A stretch of 64,000 bases of DNA, from NCBI GenBank assembly GCA_964291675.2, contig OZ219866.1, positions 3,264,001 to 3,328,000 on the forward strand. The letters run 5' to 3'. The position numbers and the translations under genes were made by a program. Every line of letters starts with the position of its first letter. Within the stretch, counting starts at the first letter, position 1. Shown in pieces: positions 28,268 through 37,492 of this stretch. The notes below the pieces were generated by a model. That model was not told the DNA's origin. It saw only the letters and a list, made by a program, of their open reading frames with translations, and did not search any database. The DNA comes from Alphaproteobacteria bacterium (GTDB taxonomy: Bacteria > Pseudomonadota > Alphaproteobacteria > MPNO01).

Positions 28268-28821
28268 GCAAGCGTCTGACCGCGGAGGACCGGCTGCCCG
28301 GCGACCCGGACCGGGCGGAGACCGTCGCCCGCATGATCCGCGTCGACCAGGCCGGCGAGTACGGGGCGGTGCGCATCTATGCCGGGCAGCGCGCGTTCCT
28401 CCCGCCGGGCGCCGCGGCCGACGCGGTCGACGAGATGGCCGCCAAGGAAGCCGAACACCTCGCGGCGTTCGACGCGATGGTCGCCGAGCGCGGCGTCCGC
28501 CCGACCGCGCTGATGCCCCTCTGGCATGTCGCCGGCTACGCGCTCGGCGCGGCGACCGCGCTGATGGGCGAGCGCGCCGCGATGGCCTGCACCGAGGCGA
28601 TCGAGGAGGTGATCGACCGCCACTACGCCGAGCAGTCCGCCGCGCTCGGCGAGGACGAGGCCGAGCTCCGCGCCACCATCGACGAGTTCCGCGCCGACGA
28701 GATCGAGCACCGCGACCTCGCCGTCGCGCACGCGGCGCACGACGCGCCCGGCTACCGTTTGTTGACCGACGCGGTCAAGACCGGCTCGCGGATCGCGATC
28801 TGGCTGTCGACGCGGGTGTAG
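28264..28821 (+). CDS. coq7: Demethoxyubiquinone hydroxylase (di-iron)
   Basis: RVDQAGEYGAVRIYAGQ, EAEH, AAMACTEAIEEVIDRHY, DEIEH. Confidence 0.93.
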   Translation: MSKRLTAEDRLPGDPDRAETVARMIRVDQAGEYGAVRIYAGQRAFLPPGAAADAVDEMAAKEAEHLAAFDAMVAERGVRPTALMPLWHVAGYALGAATALMGERAAMACTEAIEEVIDRHYAEQSAALGEDEAELRATIDEFRADEIEHRDLAVAHAAHDAPGYRLLTDAVKTGSRIAIWLSTRV

Positions 28822-28830
28822 GCGGCCGCC

Positions 28831-29196
28831 TCAGGCGAGGGCGTATTCCTGAACCAGGATATCGGCGGGAAGGCCCCACTCGGTGGACAGCGCACGGATC
28901 ATCGGCAAGGTCAGTGGACGGCGGCGGTTCAGCACCTCCGAGGCATGCGGCTGCGATCCGATCAGCACGGCAAGGTCCCTTTGGCGCAGCCCGCGTGCTT
29001 CCATGACGTGTTCGATCAGTGAAATCGGGTCCGGTGCTTCTATCGGCCAATGTACCGCTTCGTATGCTTCCACGAGGGTGACGAGAACTTCGAGCTCGTC
29101 GGCTTCCGGCGTATCCGGCGCGGCGTCCAACAAGCGGTCGATCGCCGACAGCGCCGCGTCGTAGTCGGCTTCGCTCCTGATCGGTCTAACGGTCAT
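28831..29196 (-). CDS. higA: HigA-type HTH antitoxin
   Basis: PIRSEADYDAAL, LVEAYE, PDPI, GLRQRDL, SEVLNRRRPLT. Confidence 0.9.
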   Translation of the reverse strand: MTVRPIRSEADYDAALSAIDRLLDAAPDTPEADELEVLVTLVEAYEAVHWPIEAPDPISLIEHVMEARGLRQRDLAVLIGSQPHASEVLNRRRPLTLPMIRALSTEWGLPADILVQEYALA

Positions 29197-29205
29197 GCCG
29201 ATCTC

Positions 29206-29499
29206 CTAGACGTTGCGTGCGTCGATCGCGTCGTACTCGGCATGCGTGCCCAGAAAGCGGACGTACCCGGTACGGCGGGCGTAGTGGAAAAGCACGATGA
29301 GCCTGTACCTGTTTCCACCGATATTGAACACGACCCGGTCATTGCCGACGAAACTCGCGTTGCGGTACGCCGATTTCACGTCCGCGGGCGAGGCCCAGTC
29401 GGCTTTCCTCGCCATCGCGTACCAGGCCTTGAGCGGTTGCTCCGACCCGGGTTCCCGGGACCAATAGTCGCGCAAGGCTCTCTTCGCGATGATCCGCAC
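29206..29499 (-). CDS. higB: HigB toxin (mRNA interferase)
   Basis: RII....LRDYW, L.AWY, W.SP.DVK, RVVFNIGGNRYRLI, F.GTHAEYD. Confidence 0.92.
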   Translation of the reverse strand: MRIIAKRALRDYWSREPGSEQPLKAWYAMARKADWASPADVKSAYRNASFVGNDRVVFNIGGNRYRLIVLFHYARRTGYVRFLGTHAEYDAIDARNV

Positions 29500-29505
29500 G
29501 ACTCA

Positions 29506-29534
29506 AATCTAAGTATCCCGAAACGGGATGTAAA
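29506..29534 (-). promoter_or_regulatory. Sigma70-like promoter with operator for the second higBA (probably leaderless)
   Basis: Minus strand TTTACA-17 bp-TAGATT; IR ATCCCG-AAA-CGGGAT (29515-29529) in the spacer; GTG start 6 nt past the -10 box. Confidence 0.65.
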
Positions 29535-29571
29535 GGGTTGGGGCGCCCGGACTCGAACCGCTATCGGGTTT

Positions 29572-30156
29572 TCAAAACCCCGCCATCTCCCGGTCGATGC
29601 GCCGCATGAAGCGCTGGATGCGCGCGGGCGAGGGCCGGTGCAGGTCGTAGAGCGCGAGATAGCGCACCCGCGCGCCCCTGGCGAGGAACCATTTCATGTA
29701 GCGGGTGAACATCTTGCGCGGCGGGTCGCCGAACCAGCGCAGGATGGGCCGGTCGCGCCCATAGGTGACGATCGCCGCGAGCGACCGGATGTGGCGCAAA
29801 TTGGGGTGGAGCCGGCCATGCTCGTCCTGGCGGAACGAGACCCCGGGGACCATGACCCGGTCGAAGAACCCCTTGAGGATGGCCGGCGGGCCGAGCGTCC
29901 AGGTCGGGAACACGAAGACCAGCCCTTCGGCGGCGAACAGGCGCTCCGCATGGCCCGCTGTGCGCGCCCGGTTCGCCTCCTCGTCGAAATAGGCCGCGCG
30001 CTCCTCCGCCGTCAGCACCGGGTCGAAGCCCTCGGCGTAGAGGTCGCAGAGATCGACGCTGTGGCCCGCGCGTTCGAGCGCCGCGACGGCGCGGTCGCGG
30101 AGCGCGGCGTTGAGGCTGTCGGCGCCGGGATGGGCGAAGACGAGGAGGATATTCAC
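29572..30156 (-). CDS. Flavodoxin-like NAD(P)H dehydrogenase (quinone) family
   Basis: LLVFAHP..DS.N, DLYAEGFDPVL, FPTW..PAILKGFFDRV; GTG overlaps the upstream TGA. Confidence 0.88.
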   Translation of the reverse strand: MNILLVFAHPGADSLNAALRDRAVAALERAGHSVDLCDLYAEGFDPVLTAEERAAYFDEEANRARTAGHAERLFAAEGLVFVFPTWTLGPPAILKGFFDRVMVPGVSFRQDEHGRLHPNLRHIRSLAAIVTYGRDRPILRWFGDPPRKMFTRYMKWFLARGARVRYLALYDLHRPSPARIQRFMRRIDREMAGF

Positions 30157-32468
30157 GCGCGGACGATGGGCGGCGGGGCGAAGGCGCTGACCTCGGGCGC
30201 CGGCCCGTCGAACCGCTCGACCTCGACCAGGGCGGTCTGCGCCGCGCTGCACTGGGTGAGCGCGGATGTCGGCTTGTCGATGGTGAGCACGTTGGGGTTG
30301 CCGTGCTTCTCCAGGCTGCCCGGAATCGCCGGATCGTCCGGGTCGAACCACGCGCCGGTGGCGAGCTCCACCACGCCGGGGCGGATCGCATCGCTCGCCA
30401 GCGCGCCCGCGAGGCAGGCGCCGCGGTCGTTGTACAGGCGGACGATGTCGCCGTCGGCGATGCCCCGCGAAGCGGCATCGACCGGGTTCATCCGCACCGC
30501 CTCGCGTCCCGCCACCTTGGCGGCGCGGCTCACCGAACCGCAGTCGAGCTGGCTGTGGAGCCGCGCGCGCGGCTGGTTCGAGACCAGATGGAGGGGGAAT
30601 CGGGCCGCCTTCGCCCCGCCCAGCCATTCGACCGGCTCCATCCATGTCGGATGGCCGGGAACGTCGTCATAGCCGAACCCGGCGATGGTCTCGGACCAGA
30701 TTTCGATCCTGCCGGACGGGGTCTTGAGCGGCGCCGCTTCCGGCTCGGCGCGGAAATCGGCGAACGGGATCGGCGGCGCGTCCGGCAGCGGAAGCTCGAA
30801 ATAACCCTCCTCCCAGAACGCGTCGAAGCCCGGCATCTCGATCCCGTCCCTGGCGACGCGCTGGCGGTAGATGTCGTAGAGATGGCGCAGCCATTCGGTC
30901 TCGCTTCTCCCCTCGGTGAACGAATCGGCGAAGCCCAGCCGCCCGGCGAGCGCGGCGTAGATGTCGTACTCGTTGCGCGCCCCGCCGACCGGGTCGATCG
31001 CCTGCTGGCTGGCGAAGACGAAGCGGTCGAAGTTCGACGCCGCGATGTCGTTGCGCTCCAGCGTCGTCGTGCAGGGCAGCACGATGTCGGCGCGCTTGGC
31101 GGCGGGAGTCCACCAGGGCTCGTGGATGACGATGGTCTCCGGCTTCGCCCAGCCCCTGAGCAGGTTGTTGAGGTCCTGCTGCTTGTGGAACGGGTTGCCG
31201 CCGCACCAGTAGACCAGCCGGATGTCCGGATAGCGCCGTTCCTCGCCGTTGAAGCTGTAGGCCGCGCCCGGGTTGAGCAGCATGTCGGCGAGCCTGGCGA
31301 CCGGGATCCAGCTCTCGACGGCGTTCCGGCCCGCCGGGAGCTTGGGCGGGGCGACCTGCCGGGTCGGCGCGCCGATGCCGTGAATGGCGCCGTAGCCGAA
31401 GCCGAAACCGCCGCCGGGGAGGCCGATCTGGCCCAGCATGGCGGCCAGGGCGATGGTCATCCAGTAGGGCTGCTCGCCGTGGTCGGCGCGCTGCACCGAC
31501 CAGCTCACGGCGATCAGGGTCCGCGACGACGCCATCTTGCGGGCGAGGCCGCGGATCGCCCCCGCCGGCATTTCGGCGATCGCCGCGGCCCAGTCGGCGT
31601 CCTTGGCGGTCCCGTCCGCCTCGCCCAGCAGGTACGCCGCGAGCCGCTCGAAACCGGTGCAGCAGCGCGCGAGGAAATCCGTGTCGTGCAGGTCTTCCAC
31701 CAGCAGCGTGTGGGCGAGGCCCAGCATCACCGCGAGATCGGTGTTGGGGCGGATGGCATGCCATTCGGCCGCGACCTCTTCGGCGGTGTCGTCGCGGATC
31801 GGGCCGATGCAGACGAACTCGGTTCCCGACTCGACGGCACGACGCTGCCAATCCGCCGCCTCGTGCGCGCCGACGCCGCCCTGGTTGACGTTGGCGTTCT
31901 TGGGCGCCATGCCGCCGAAAGCGACGATGAGCTCGGTATGCTCGACGATCGTGGGCCAGGTGTTGACCGGGCCGACCACCGGGCTCATCGAGCCCACGAT
32001 GCGCGGCACGATCACGCTCGCCGCGCCAAAGCTGTAATTGGTGACCTGGTCGACGAAGCCGCCATGCAGGTTGAGAAAGCGGGAGAGCTGGCTGCGCGCG
32101 TTGTGGAAGCCGCCGGCGCTGGCCCAGCCCGAGCTGCCGTAGACGGCCTCGTTGCCGTGCTCCCGCTTGACCCGGTCGAGCTCGCCCGCGACCAGGTCGA
32201 GCGCCCGGTCCCAGCTCACTTCGATGAAGGGCTCCGCGCCCCTGAGCGCGGTGTTCGTGCCCGGCCCGCCCTCCAGCCACGACTTGCGCACCGCCGGACG
32301 GGCGATGCGGCATTCGGCGTGGACCGCATCGGGCAGCGCCCGGATGAAGGGCGCGGGATCGGGGTCCTTGGCGAACGGCGTGACGCCGACCAGCCTGCCG
32401 TCCACCGTCTCGGCGGTGAACGCCCCCCAATGGCTCGCCCCGAAAGCGGTCCGCGTCCCGTCCGGCAT
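30153..32468 (-). CDS. Bis-MGD molybdopterin S/N-oxide reductase (BisC/TorA/DorA family), no Tat signal
   Basis: SHWG, RG.E.F..VSWD.A, GWASAG.FH, NYS (Mo-ligand Ser), QRADHGEQ, GGNPF, RLHSQ, HGNPNVLT.D. Confidence 0.92.
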   Translation of the reverse strand: MPDGTRTAFGASHWGAFTAETVDGRLVGVTPFAKDPDPAPFIRALPDAVHAECRIARPAVRKSWLEGGPGTNTALRGAEPFIEVSWDRALDLVAGELDRVKREHGNEAVYGSSGWASAGGFHNARSQLSRFLNLHGGFVDQVTNYSFGAASVIVPRIVGSMSPVVGPVNTWPTIVEHTELIVAFGGMAPKNANVNQGGVGAHEAADWQRRAVESGTEFVCIGPIRDDTAEEVAAEWHAIRPNTDLAVMLGLAHTLLVEDLHDTDFLARCCTGFERLAAYLLGEADGTAKDADWAAAIAEMPAGAIRGLARKMASSRTLIAVSWSVQRADHGEQPYWMTIALAAMLGQIGLPGGGFGFGYGAIHGIGAPTRQVAPPKLPAGRNAVESWIPVARLADMLLNPGAAYSFNGEERRYPDIRLVYWCGGNPFHKQQDLNNLLRGWAKPETIVIHEPWWTPAAKRADIVLPCTTTLERNDIAASNFDRFVFASQQAIDPVGGARNEYDIYAALAGRLGFADSFTEGRSETEWLRHLYDIYRQRVARDGIEMPGFDAFWEEGYFELPLPDAPPIPFADFRAEPEAAPLKTPSGRIEIWSETIAGFGYDDVPGHPTWMEPVEWLGGAKAARFPLHLVSNQPRARLHSQLDCGSVSRAAKVAGREAVRMNPVDAASRGIADGDIVRLYNDRGACLAGALASDAIRPGVVELATGAWFDPDDPAIPGSLEKHGNPNVLTIDKPTSALTQCSAAQTALVEVERFDGPAPEVSAFAPPPIVRA

Positions 32469-32612
32469 GTCCGGCCTCCCTCGTCCTCCGGGCTATCGTA
32501 GCGCAAGCGGCAGGGCGGTGAAGCCGCGCAAGCACGGCGGGCGCATTCCCGCTTCCGGCACGCGTCGGCCAAGTCTAGACTGGCGGCCCATCCAAGGCGG
32601 ACGGTCGCGTCG

Positions 32613-32819
32613 ATGCAAACCTATACCGCAGTCGTCGAGCGATGCCCGGATACAGGGCTCTATGTCGGCTATGTCCCCGGCTTTCCCGGCGCCCACAGCC
32701 AGGGCGAGACGCTCGACGAGCTGAACGCCAATCTCAGAGAAGTCATTGCAATGAGCCGCGAGGACGTCGTGCCCCGGACAGGCCGCGTATCCGTCGGCAT
32801 GTCGACTATTGTGGTGTAG
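32613..32819 (+). CDS. HicB family antitoxin (short form, no adjacent hicA seen)
   Basis: YTAVVE...GLYVGYVPGFPGAHSQGETLDEL..NLRE. Confidence 0.85.
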   Translation: MQTYTAVVERCPDTGLYVGYVPGFPGAHSQGETLDELNANLREVIAMSREDVVPRTGRVSVGMSTIVV

Positions 32820-32920
32820 GGAGAGTTGGCGCGGATAGGGCGGCGGCGTCCGACATATTCGGGCTTCGTTGGCGACACCTCTACCCCACTGCACGCCGCT
32901 TTGCTTTGAATCGAAGATCC

Positions 32921-33277
32921 ATGCGCTACTTCGCAAATCAGGCGCACAAAGTTGAAACCACCGAGGCGGGACCGCCCTCGTGGTCTCCCGACAAGACGCC
33001 CTGTCCGAAGGGAATGACTCTCCGCGAGCGGAACGAGCTTCTGCGGAATTCAGTTGCCGAAGACCCGGACGTACCGGGATCCAGACGATTCGCCCTCCGC
33101 CGCACCGAGTCGGGGCTGGAATTCTTCACTGCTCAGATGACGCGAGTCGCAAACGGCGAGTTCGAGTATCATGGCTACCCTGCGAGCTACGTTCCGGGCA
33201 GGATTCTGCGACACTTCAGGGATCGGGGTGCTATTTCCAATTCGGAATACCGAACTCTGCTAAAGAGGCTCGGATAA
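32921..33277 (+). CDS. Hypothetical protein, putative small nuclease toxin (YHGYP motif)
   Basis: 118 aa, lower GC than the flanks, N-terminal AHK, C-terminal EYHGYP; 2 bp before the next gene. Confidence 0.6.
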   Translation: MRYFANQAHKVETTEAGPPSWSPDKTPCPKGMTLRERNELLRNSVAEDPDVPGSRRFALRRTESGLEFFTAQMTRVANGEFEYHGYPASYVPGRILRHFRDRGAISNSEYRTLLKRLG

Positions 33278-33279
33278 CG

Positions 33280-34770
33280 ATGCTGATCGGAAACCGAAAC
33301 AGCTTCGCAGTCGGTATCGAGCCACTCTCGCCGTCCTGGGAGCGCCGATTTCCCCCCGAATTCACAGCTTGGGCGCAGCTGTCGCTCTGGATCAATGGAG
33401 AAAACATCTGCCGAAATCTCCTGGACGGCTCGGATTCCGTTCGCGAGGGAGTCAACGTGCCGCTTGCCCCGATCGCGGACTGGCTGGTGCGATCCTGGAC
33501 CTTTCTCGAATTCGAGGAACGTCCCAGCGGCTTTCCCCTAGGTATCTCATCACGCAATACCGTCAGGCGTTGGGGAGATTCACTGCCTCCCGCCGAATTC
33601 GGCGAAGACGACTGGCTGGATGCGCGCGAACTTTGGTGGTCGCGGCACTTTCTCGCCGCGGGCGCGGACGGCGCTCATTTGCCGAATGTTTCCTTGATCC
33701 GGGGTGGCGACCGGTTGTTCATCGAATGGGCACAGGCTGAATTCGCCGGTTCTCCGGCTCCTCGATTTCTGTCGGTGGACGGTCGCCAGACGATCGGCTG
33801 GAGCGAGGGCGAAGAGATTCTTTCCGACTTCGTGTCTTACGTCGCTCGATGGCTTCGGGACGGTGGACTCGACGACGTATACCCTTGGGTTTACCGGGCA
33901 GACCCGCTCCGTGAAGCGATGCCGGATTTCTCTGAAGCATTGCAGGCATACACCGGAATCCCTGCGGATGTCCTGCGCGGCCGGACCGGCTCCCGCGACG
34001 ATGCCGAGTTGCGGCAAAAGCTTGGCCTTCATGCAGACGAGAGGGATCCGGGTGGCAGCGTGGTCACTCAAGTCCTGCGAGACCTCCCACCCGGAATTTC
34101 CGACTCCATGTGGGACTTGGTCTGGCGACTTGACGGTGAAAGTCGATCTGCCACTGGCTTTGCCGAGGAGCTGAGAGCCTTGGCACTCGATGCGGTGCGG
34201 CCCGCTTCCGATCCGGAGACATCCGGCTATCTCGCCGCCCAGGGTCTTCGGGATTATCTTGGCCTCAATGGGCAACCGATCGAGGATGTGGACGGGCAGT
34301 TGAGGGAAGCCGGGGTGAACCTCATCGATTCCGATGTCAAGTGCACGCACGAACGAATGCTGGCGGGGTTTCGACGCGGTTGTGGTGCCGCTGCGATCAT
34401 CAATCGTACCCCCCGCACCTCGACGCCTTGGGGCCGGAGGTTCGAGTCGATTCGGGCCCTGGGACATCTGCTGTTGGATCCGTACCGCCGAGACGCTCTG
34501 GGAGCTGCGTCGACAGCCTTCGCGCAGCCTTGGGCGCGGCGCCGGGCAGGGGCTTTCGCGGCGGAATTCCTACTCCCCAGCGAAGCATTGGGAGAGGAAG
34601 CCCATAGTCTCGATTCGTATGCCGAGCCGGAGAGGTTCCTGCATGTACTGGAGAGGTACGGGGTCGGCGCACAAACGGCAGCCTATCACCTCTGGAACCG
34701 CGGGTTTCTCTCAAGCACTCAGGTTCGGGATGACCTGATCGATCAATTCTCCAACGTAGAACCGTATTAG
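33280..34770 (+). CDS. Unknown N-terminal domain fused to a degenerate ImmA/IrrE (M78) peptidase-like domain
   Basis: RRFESIRALGHLL replaces RRF..AHELGH; RRAGAFAAEFLLP and YGVG..TA.YHL.N are typical of the family; lower GC. Confidence 0.75.
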   Translation: MLIGNRNSFAVGIEPLSPSWERRFPPEFTAWAQLSLWINGENICRNLLDGSDSVREGVNVPLAPIADWLVRSWTFLEFEERPSGFPLGISSRNTVRRWGDSLPPAEFGEDDWLDARELWWSRHFLAAGADGAHLPNVSLIRGGDRLFIEWAQAEFAGSPAPRFLSVDGRQTIGWSEGEEILSDFVSYVARWLRDGGLDDVYPWVYRADPLREAMPDFSEALQAYTGIPADVLRGRTGSRDDAELRQKLGLHADERDPGGSVVTQVLRDLPPGISDSMWDLVWRLDGESRSATGFAEELRALALDAVRPASDPETSGYLAAQGLRDYLGLNGQPIEDVDGQLREAGVNLIDSDVKCTHERMLAGFRRGCGAAAIINRTPRTSTPWGRRFESIRALGHLLLDPYRRDALGAASTAFAQPWARRRAGAFAAEFLLPSEALGEEAHSLDSYAEPERFLHVLERYGVGAQTAAYHLWNRGFLSSTQVRDDLIDQFSNVEPY

Positions 34771-34853
34771 GGTCGGATTGCCCGCGTCGAAAGGCGCACA
34801 CTCTCTCTTCTCGGCGAAGCCTGCTCTCAGCCCCGGCGCTCTCGGTCCCGCCC

Positions 34854-36065
34854 CTACCGCAGCGCAAGCGGCAGGCTGTTGAAGCCGCGGAAGCGGGCGC
34901 GGCCGCCGCGTTCCGGCTTGCCGGCGAGCTCGATCGAGGGGAACCGGGCCAAGAGCTTGCCGATCGCCACGCGCCCCTCCATGCGGGCGAGCGACATGCC
35001 GGCGCAGGCATGCACCCCGGCGCCGAAGGCGAGATGCCGGTTGGGCGTGCGCGACACGTCGAGCCGGTCGGGGTCGGGGAATTCCGCGGGGTCGCGGTTG
35101 GCGGCCCCGATCGACATGTGGATATAGGTCCCGGCGGCGAGCTTCGCCCCGCCGAGCGTCGCATCGACCGTGAGCCGCCGGTTGCCGATCTGGTTCGAGC
35201 TCTCGAAGCGCAGGAGCTCCTCGACCGCCGTGCCGATCAGCCCGGGATCCTCGCGCAGCCGCCGCATCTCGCCCGGGAAGCGGAGCAGCGCCTCGACCCC
35301 GTTGCCGATCAGGTTGGTGGTCGTCTCGTGCCCCGCGTTGAGCAGAAAAATGCAGTTGTGCAGCAATTCGAGCTCGCTCAGCGCCGCGCCGTCCGCGTCG
35401 GGGCCGATCAGCTTGGACAGGATTTCGGCGTCGTCGTCGCCCGCATCCCGCACGCGGCGCGCGACCAGGCTGCGCAGATAGTCCTTGAACTCGTCCACCG
35501 CCTCCGAGCCGCGCGCCACCTGGTCCGGGCTCGGCCGGGGTTCGAGCCCGCTCAGGATCGCCAGCGACCAGCCCCTGAGCGGCGCCCGTTCGGGGCGCGG
35601 AATGCCCAGCATGTCGCCGATCAACTCGACCGGCAGCGCCGAGGCGAGGTCGCGGATCAGGTCGCAGGACCCGCGCTCGGCGATGTCGTCCAGCATGTCG
35701 TCGACCACCGCCTCGACGCGCGGCTGGAGCGCCCTCAGCGCGCGCGGGGTGAAGGCCGGCATCAGCCGCTTGCGCACCCGCGTGTGGTAGGGCGCGTCGT
35801 TGAACACCAGGCTCGTCGTGTGGTGCTCGTAGAGCGGCGTCTCCCCCATCGCCGGGCGGAAATCGACCGTCTTGTCCGACGAGTAGCGCGCGGCGTCGTG
35901 ATAGACCTCCGTCACGTCGGCGTAGCGGGTGAGGAAGACCGAGCCGTCGGCCATGGTCTTCACCGGGGCGTGCCGGCGGAGCGCGCGGTAGGTCGGGAAC
36001 GGGTCGTCGAGGAAGCCCCGCGTCAGGCGGGCGATGTCGAAGCCCTCGGCGAGCTCCCTCTCCAC
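34854..36065 (-). CDS. Cytochrome P450
   Basis: AGHETT I-helix, EELLR, AANRDP, FGAGVHACAG heme Cys. Confidence 0.95.
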   Translation of the reverse strand: MERELAEGFDIARLTRGFLDDPFPTYRALRRHAPVKTMADGSVFLTRYADVTEVYHDAARYSSDKTVDFRPAMGETPLYEHHTTSLVFNDAPYHTRVRKRLMPAFTPRALRALQPRVEAVVDDMLDDIAERGSCDLIRDLASALPVELIGDMLGIPRPERAPLRGWSLAILSGLEPRPSPDQVARGSEAVDEFKDYLRSLVARRVRDAGDDDAEILSKLIGPDADGAALSELELLHNCIFLLNAGHETTTNLIGNGVEALLRFPGEMRRLREDPGLIGTAVEELLRFESSNQIGNRRLTVDATLGGAKLAAGTYIHMSIGAANRDPAEFPDPDRLDVSRTPNRHLAFGAGVHACAGMSLARMEGRVAIGKLLARFPSIELAGKPERGGRARFRGFNSLPLALR

Positions 36066-36075
36066 GGCCGAGGGC

Positions 36076-37293
36076 TCAGTCCTCGATGCGGAACACGCGC
36101 TTTGCGGTCAGCCCGAGGATGTTGCGCTTGGCCGCCTCGTCGAAGAAGGGCAGGTCGAAGATCACGCTCGGCGCGTCGAAATCCCAGTGCGGCCAGTCCG
36201 AGGAGTACATCATCTGGGTCGAGGCGTTGAACGCATCGCAGGTCGCCTCCAGCAGCTTCATGTTGGTGCGCTCCAGCGGCTGCGAGGTGTAGTACATCTC
36301 GCCGATATATTCGCTCGGCAGGCGCTTCAGCGCCGGCGCCTCGGACGAGCGCATCAGGTACTCGTTGTCGAGCCGGGGCATCATGAAGGAGAGCCAGGCG
36401 ATGCCGCTCTCGATCCAGACCACCGGCAGGTTGGGGAAGCGCTCCGGCAGGCCGTTCATCACCCAGTTGGCGAGATGCACCATGTTGCACAGCGAGAACG
36501 AGATCGCGTGCATGGTGAGGAAGCGGTTGAGCTGGCGCACATAGCCGTCGCCGCCCCAGTTGGGCCCGGCGTGGAAGCCGAGCGTCATCCCGCGCTCCTC
36601 GATCATCCGGTAGAGCCGCATATAGGCATTGTGGTGCACCGGCTTGTAGCGCACCGAGGTGACCATGAAGCCGACCACCCCCCTGGTGTCGCTGTAGCGC
36701 TCGACGATCTCCTCGCAGGCCGGCGGGTCGTTGAAGGGGAGGTAGAGCAGCGACTTGATGCGCTCGTCGGCCGACAGCACCCGGTCGGTCACCCAGTGGT
36801 TGTAGCCCCTGGACAGCGCGATCTCGACGTCGAGCTCGGGATGCAGGCCGAGCGCCAGCATCGGCGTCGGGAAGATCACCTGGTAGTCGATGCCGAAGCT
36901 CTCGATGGCGCGGCGAACCAGGCTGACATCGCGCTGGATGCCGGGCTCGCCGGGCTCCAGCACGCCCGGCTCGTGCGGGATCCGCCCGCCGACGCTCTGG
37001 TGCAGCGGCCAGCCGCTGGCCTGCATGATGCCGGTGTTGACGTCTCCCCGCCCGTCGCCGCCGCCGCGGAAATTCGACGCGATGTCGCGGATCACCGGGT
37101 CGGGGATGTATTCGACGATCTCGCCCCAGGACTGGTTCTCGAAGTGATGCGCGTCGACGTCGACGATCAGGTAGTCGTCCAGATTGCGCTCCCGCGCCTG
37201 GCGCGCCGCGTGGGCCAGGATGTCCCGCGTCGCGGCGTCCCGCTTGAGCTCGGGGAGCCGGGTCTGGCCCGCGCCCTGTTCGATGGTGTCCAT
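36076..37293 (-). CDS. Amidohydrolase-2 family protein
   Basis: DVDAHH, IFPT, GFHAG, WIESG..W, SSDWPHWDFD. Confidence 0.88.
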   Translation of the reverse strand: MDTIEQGAGQTRLPELKRDAATRDILAHAARQARERNLDDYLIVDVDAHHFENQSWGEIVEYIPDPVIRDIASNFRGGGDGRGDVNTGIMQASGWPLHQSVGGRIPHEPGVLEPGEPGIQRDVSLVRRAIESFGIDYQVIFPTPMLALGLHPELDVEIALSRGYNHWVTDRVLSADERIKSLLYLPFNDPPACEEIVERYSDTRGVVGFMVTSVRYKPVHHNAYMRLYRMIEERGMTLGFHAGPNWGGDGYVRQLNRFLTMHAISFSLCNMVHLANWVMNGLPERFPNLPVVWIESGIAWLSFMMPRLDNEYLMRSSEAPALKRLPSEYIGEMYYTSQPLERTNMKLLEATCDAFNASTQMMYSSDWPHWDFDAPSVIFDLPFFDEAAKRNILGLTAKRVFRIED

Positions 37294-37492
37294 GCTGGGC
37301 CTCTCTGTACGTTCCCGCGCGCAAGTCTAGGAGAAGGGCTCTCCGGTCGGCAAGCCGCGCGGTTGCCGGCCGCGCCGGGCGCTGCTAGTTTCCGCCCGCC
37401 GCCGACCTCCCGAATGCGCGCATTCCCGGACGCGGACGCCCCGTCCGCGGCGCGGTCGCGTGCCGGCGGTCCCCCGATTTCGGAGCACAGCG

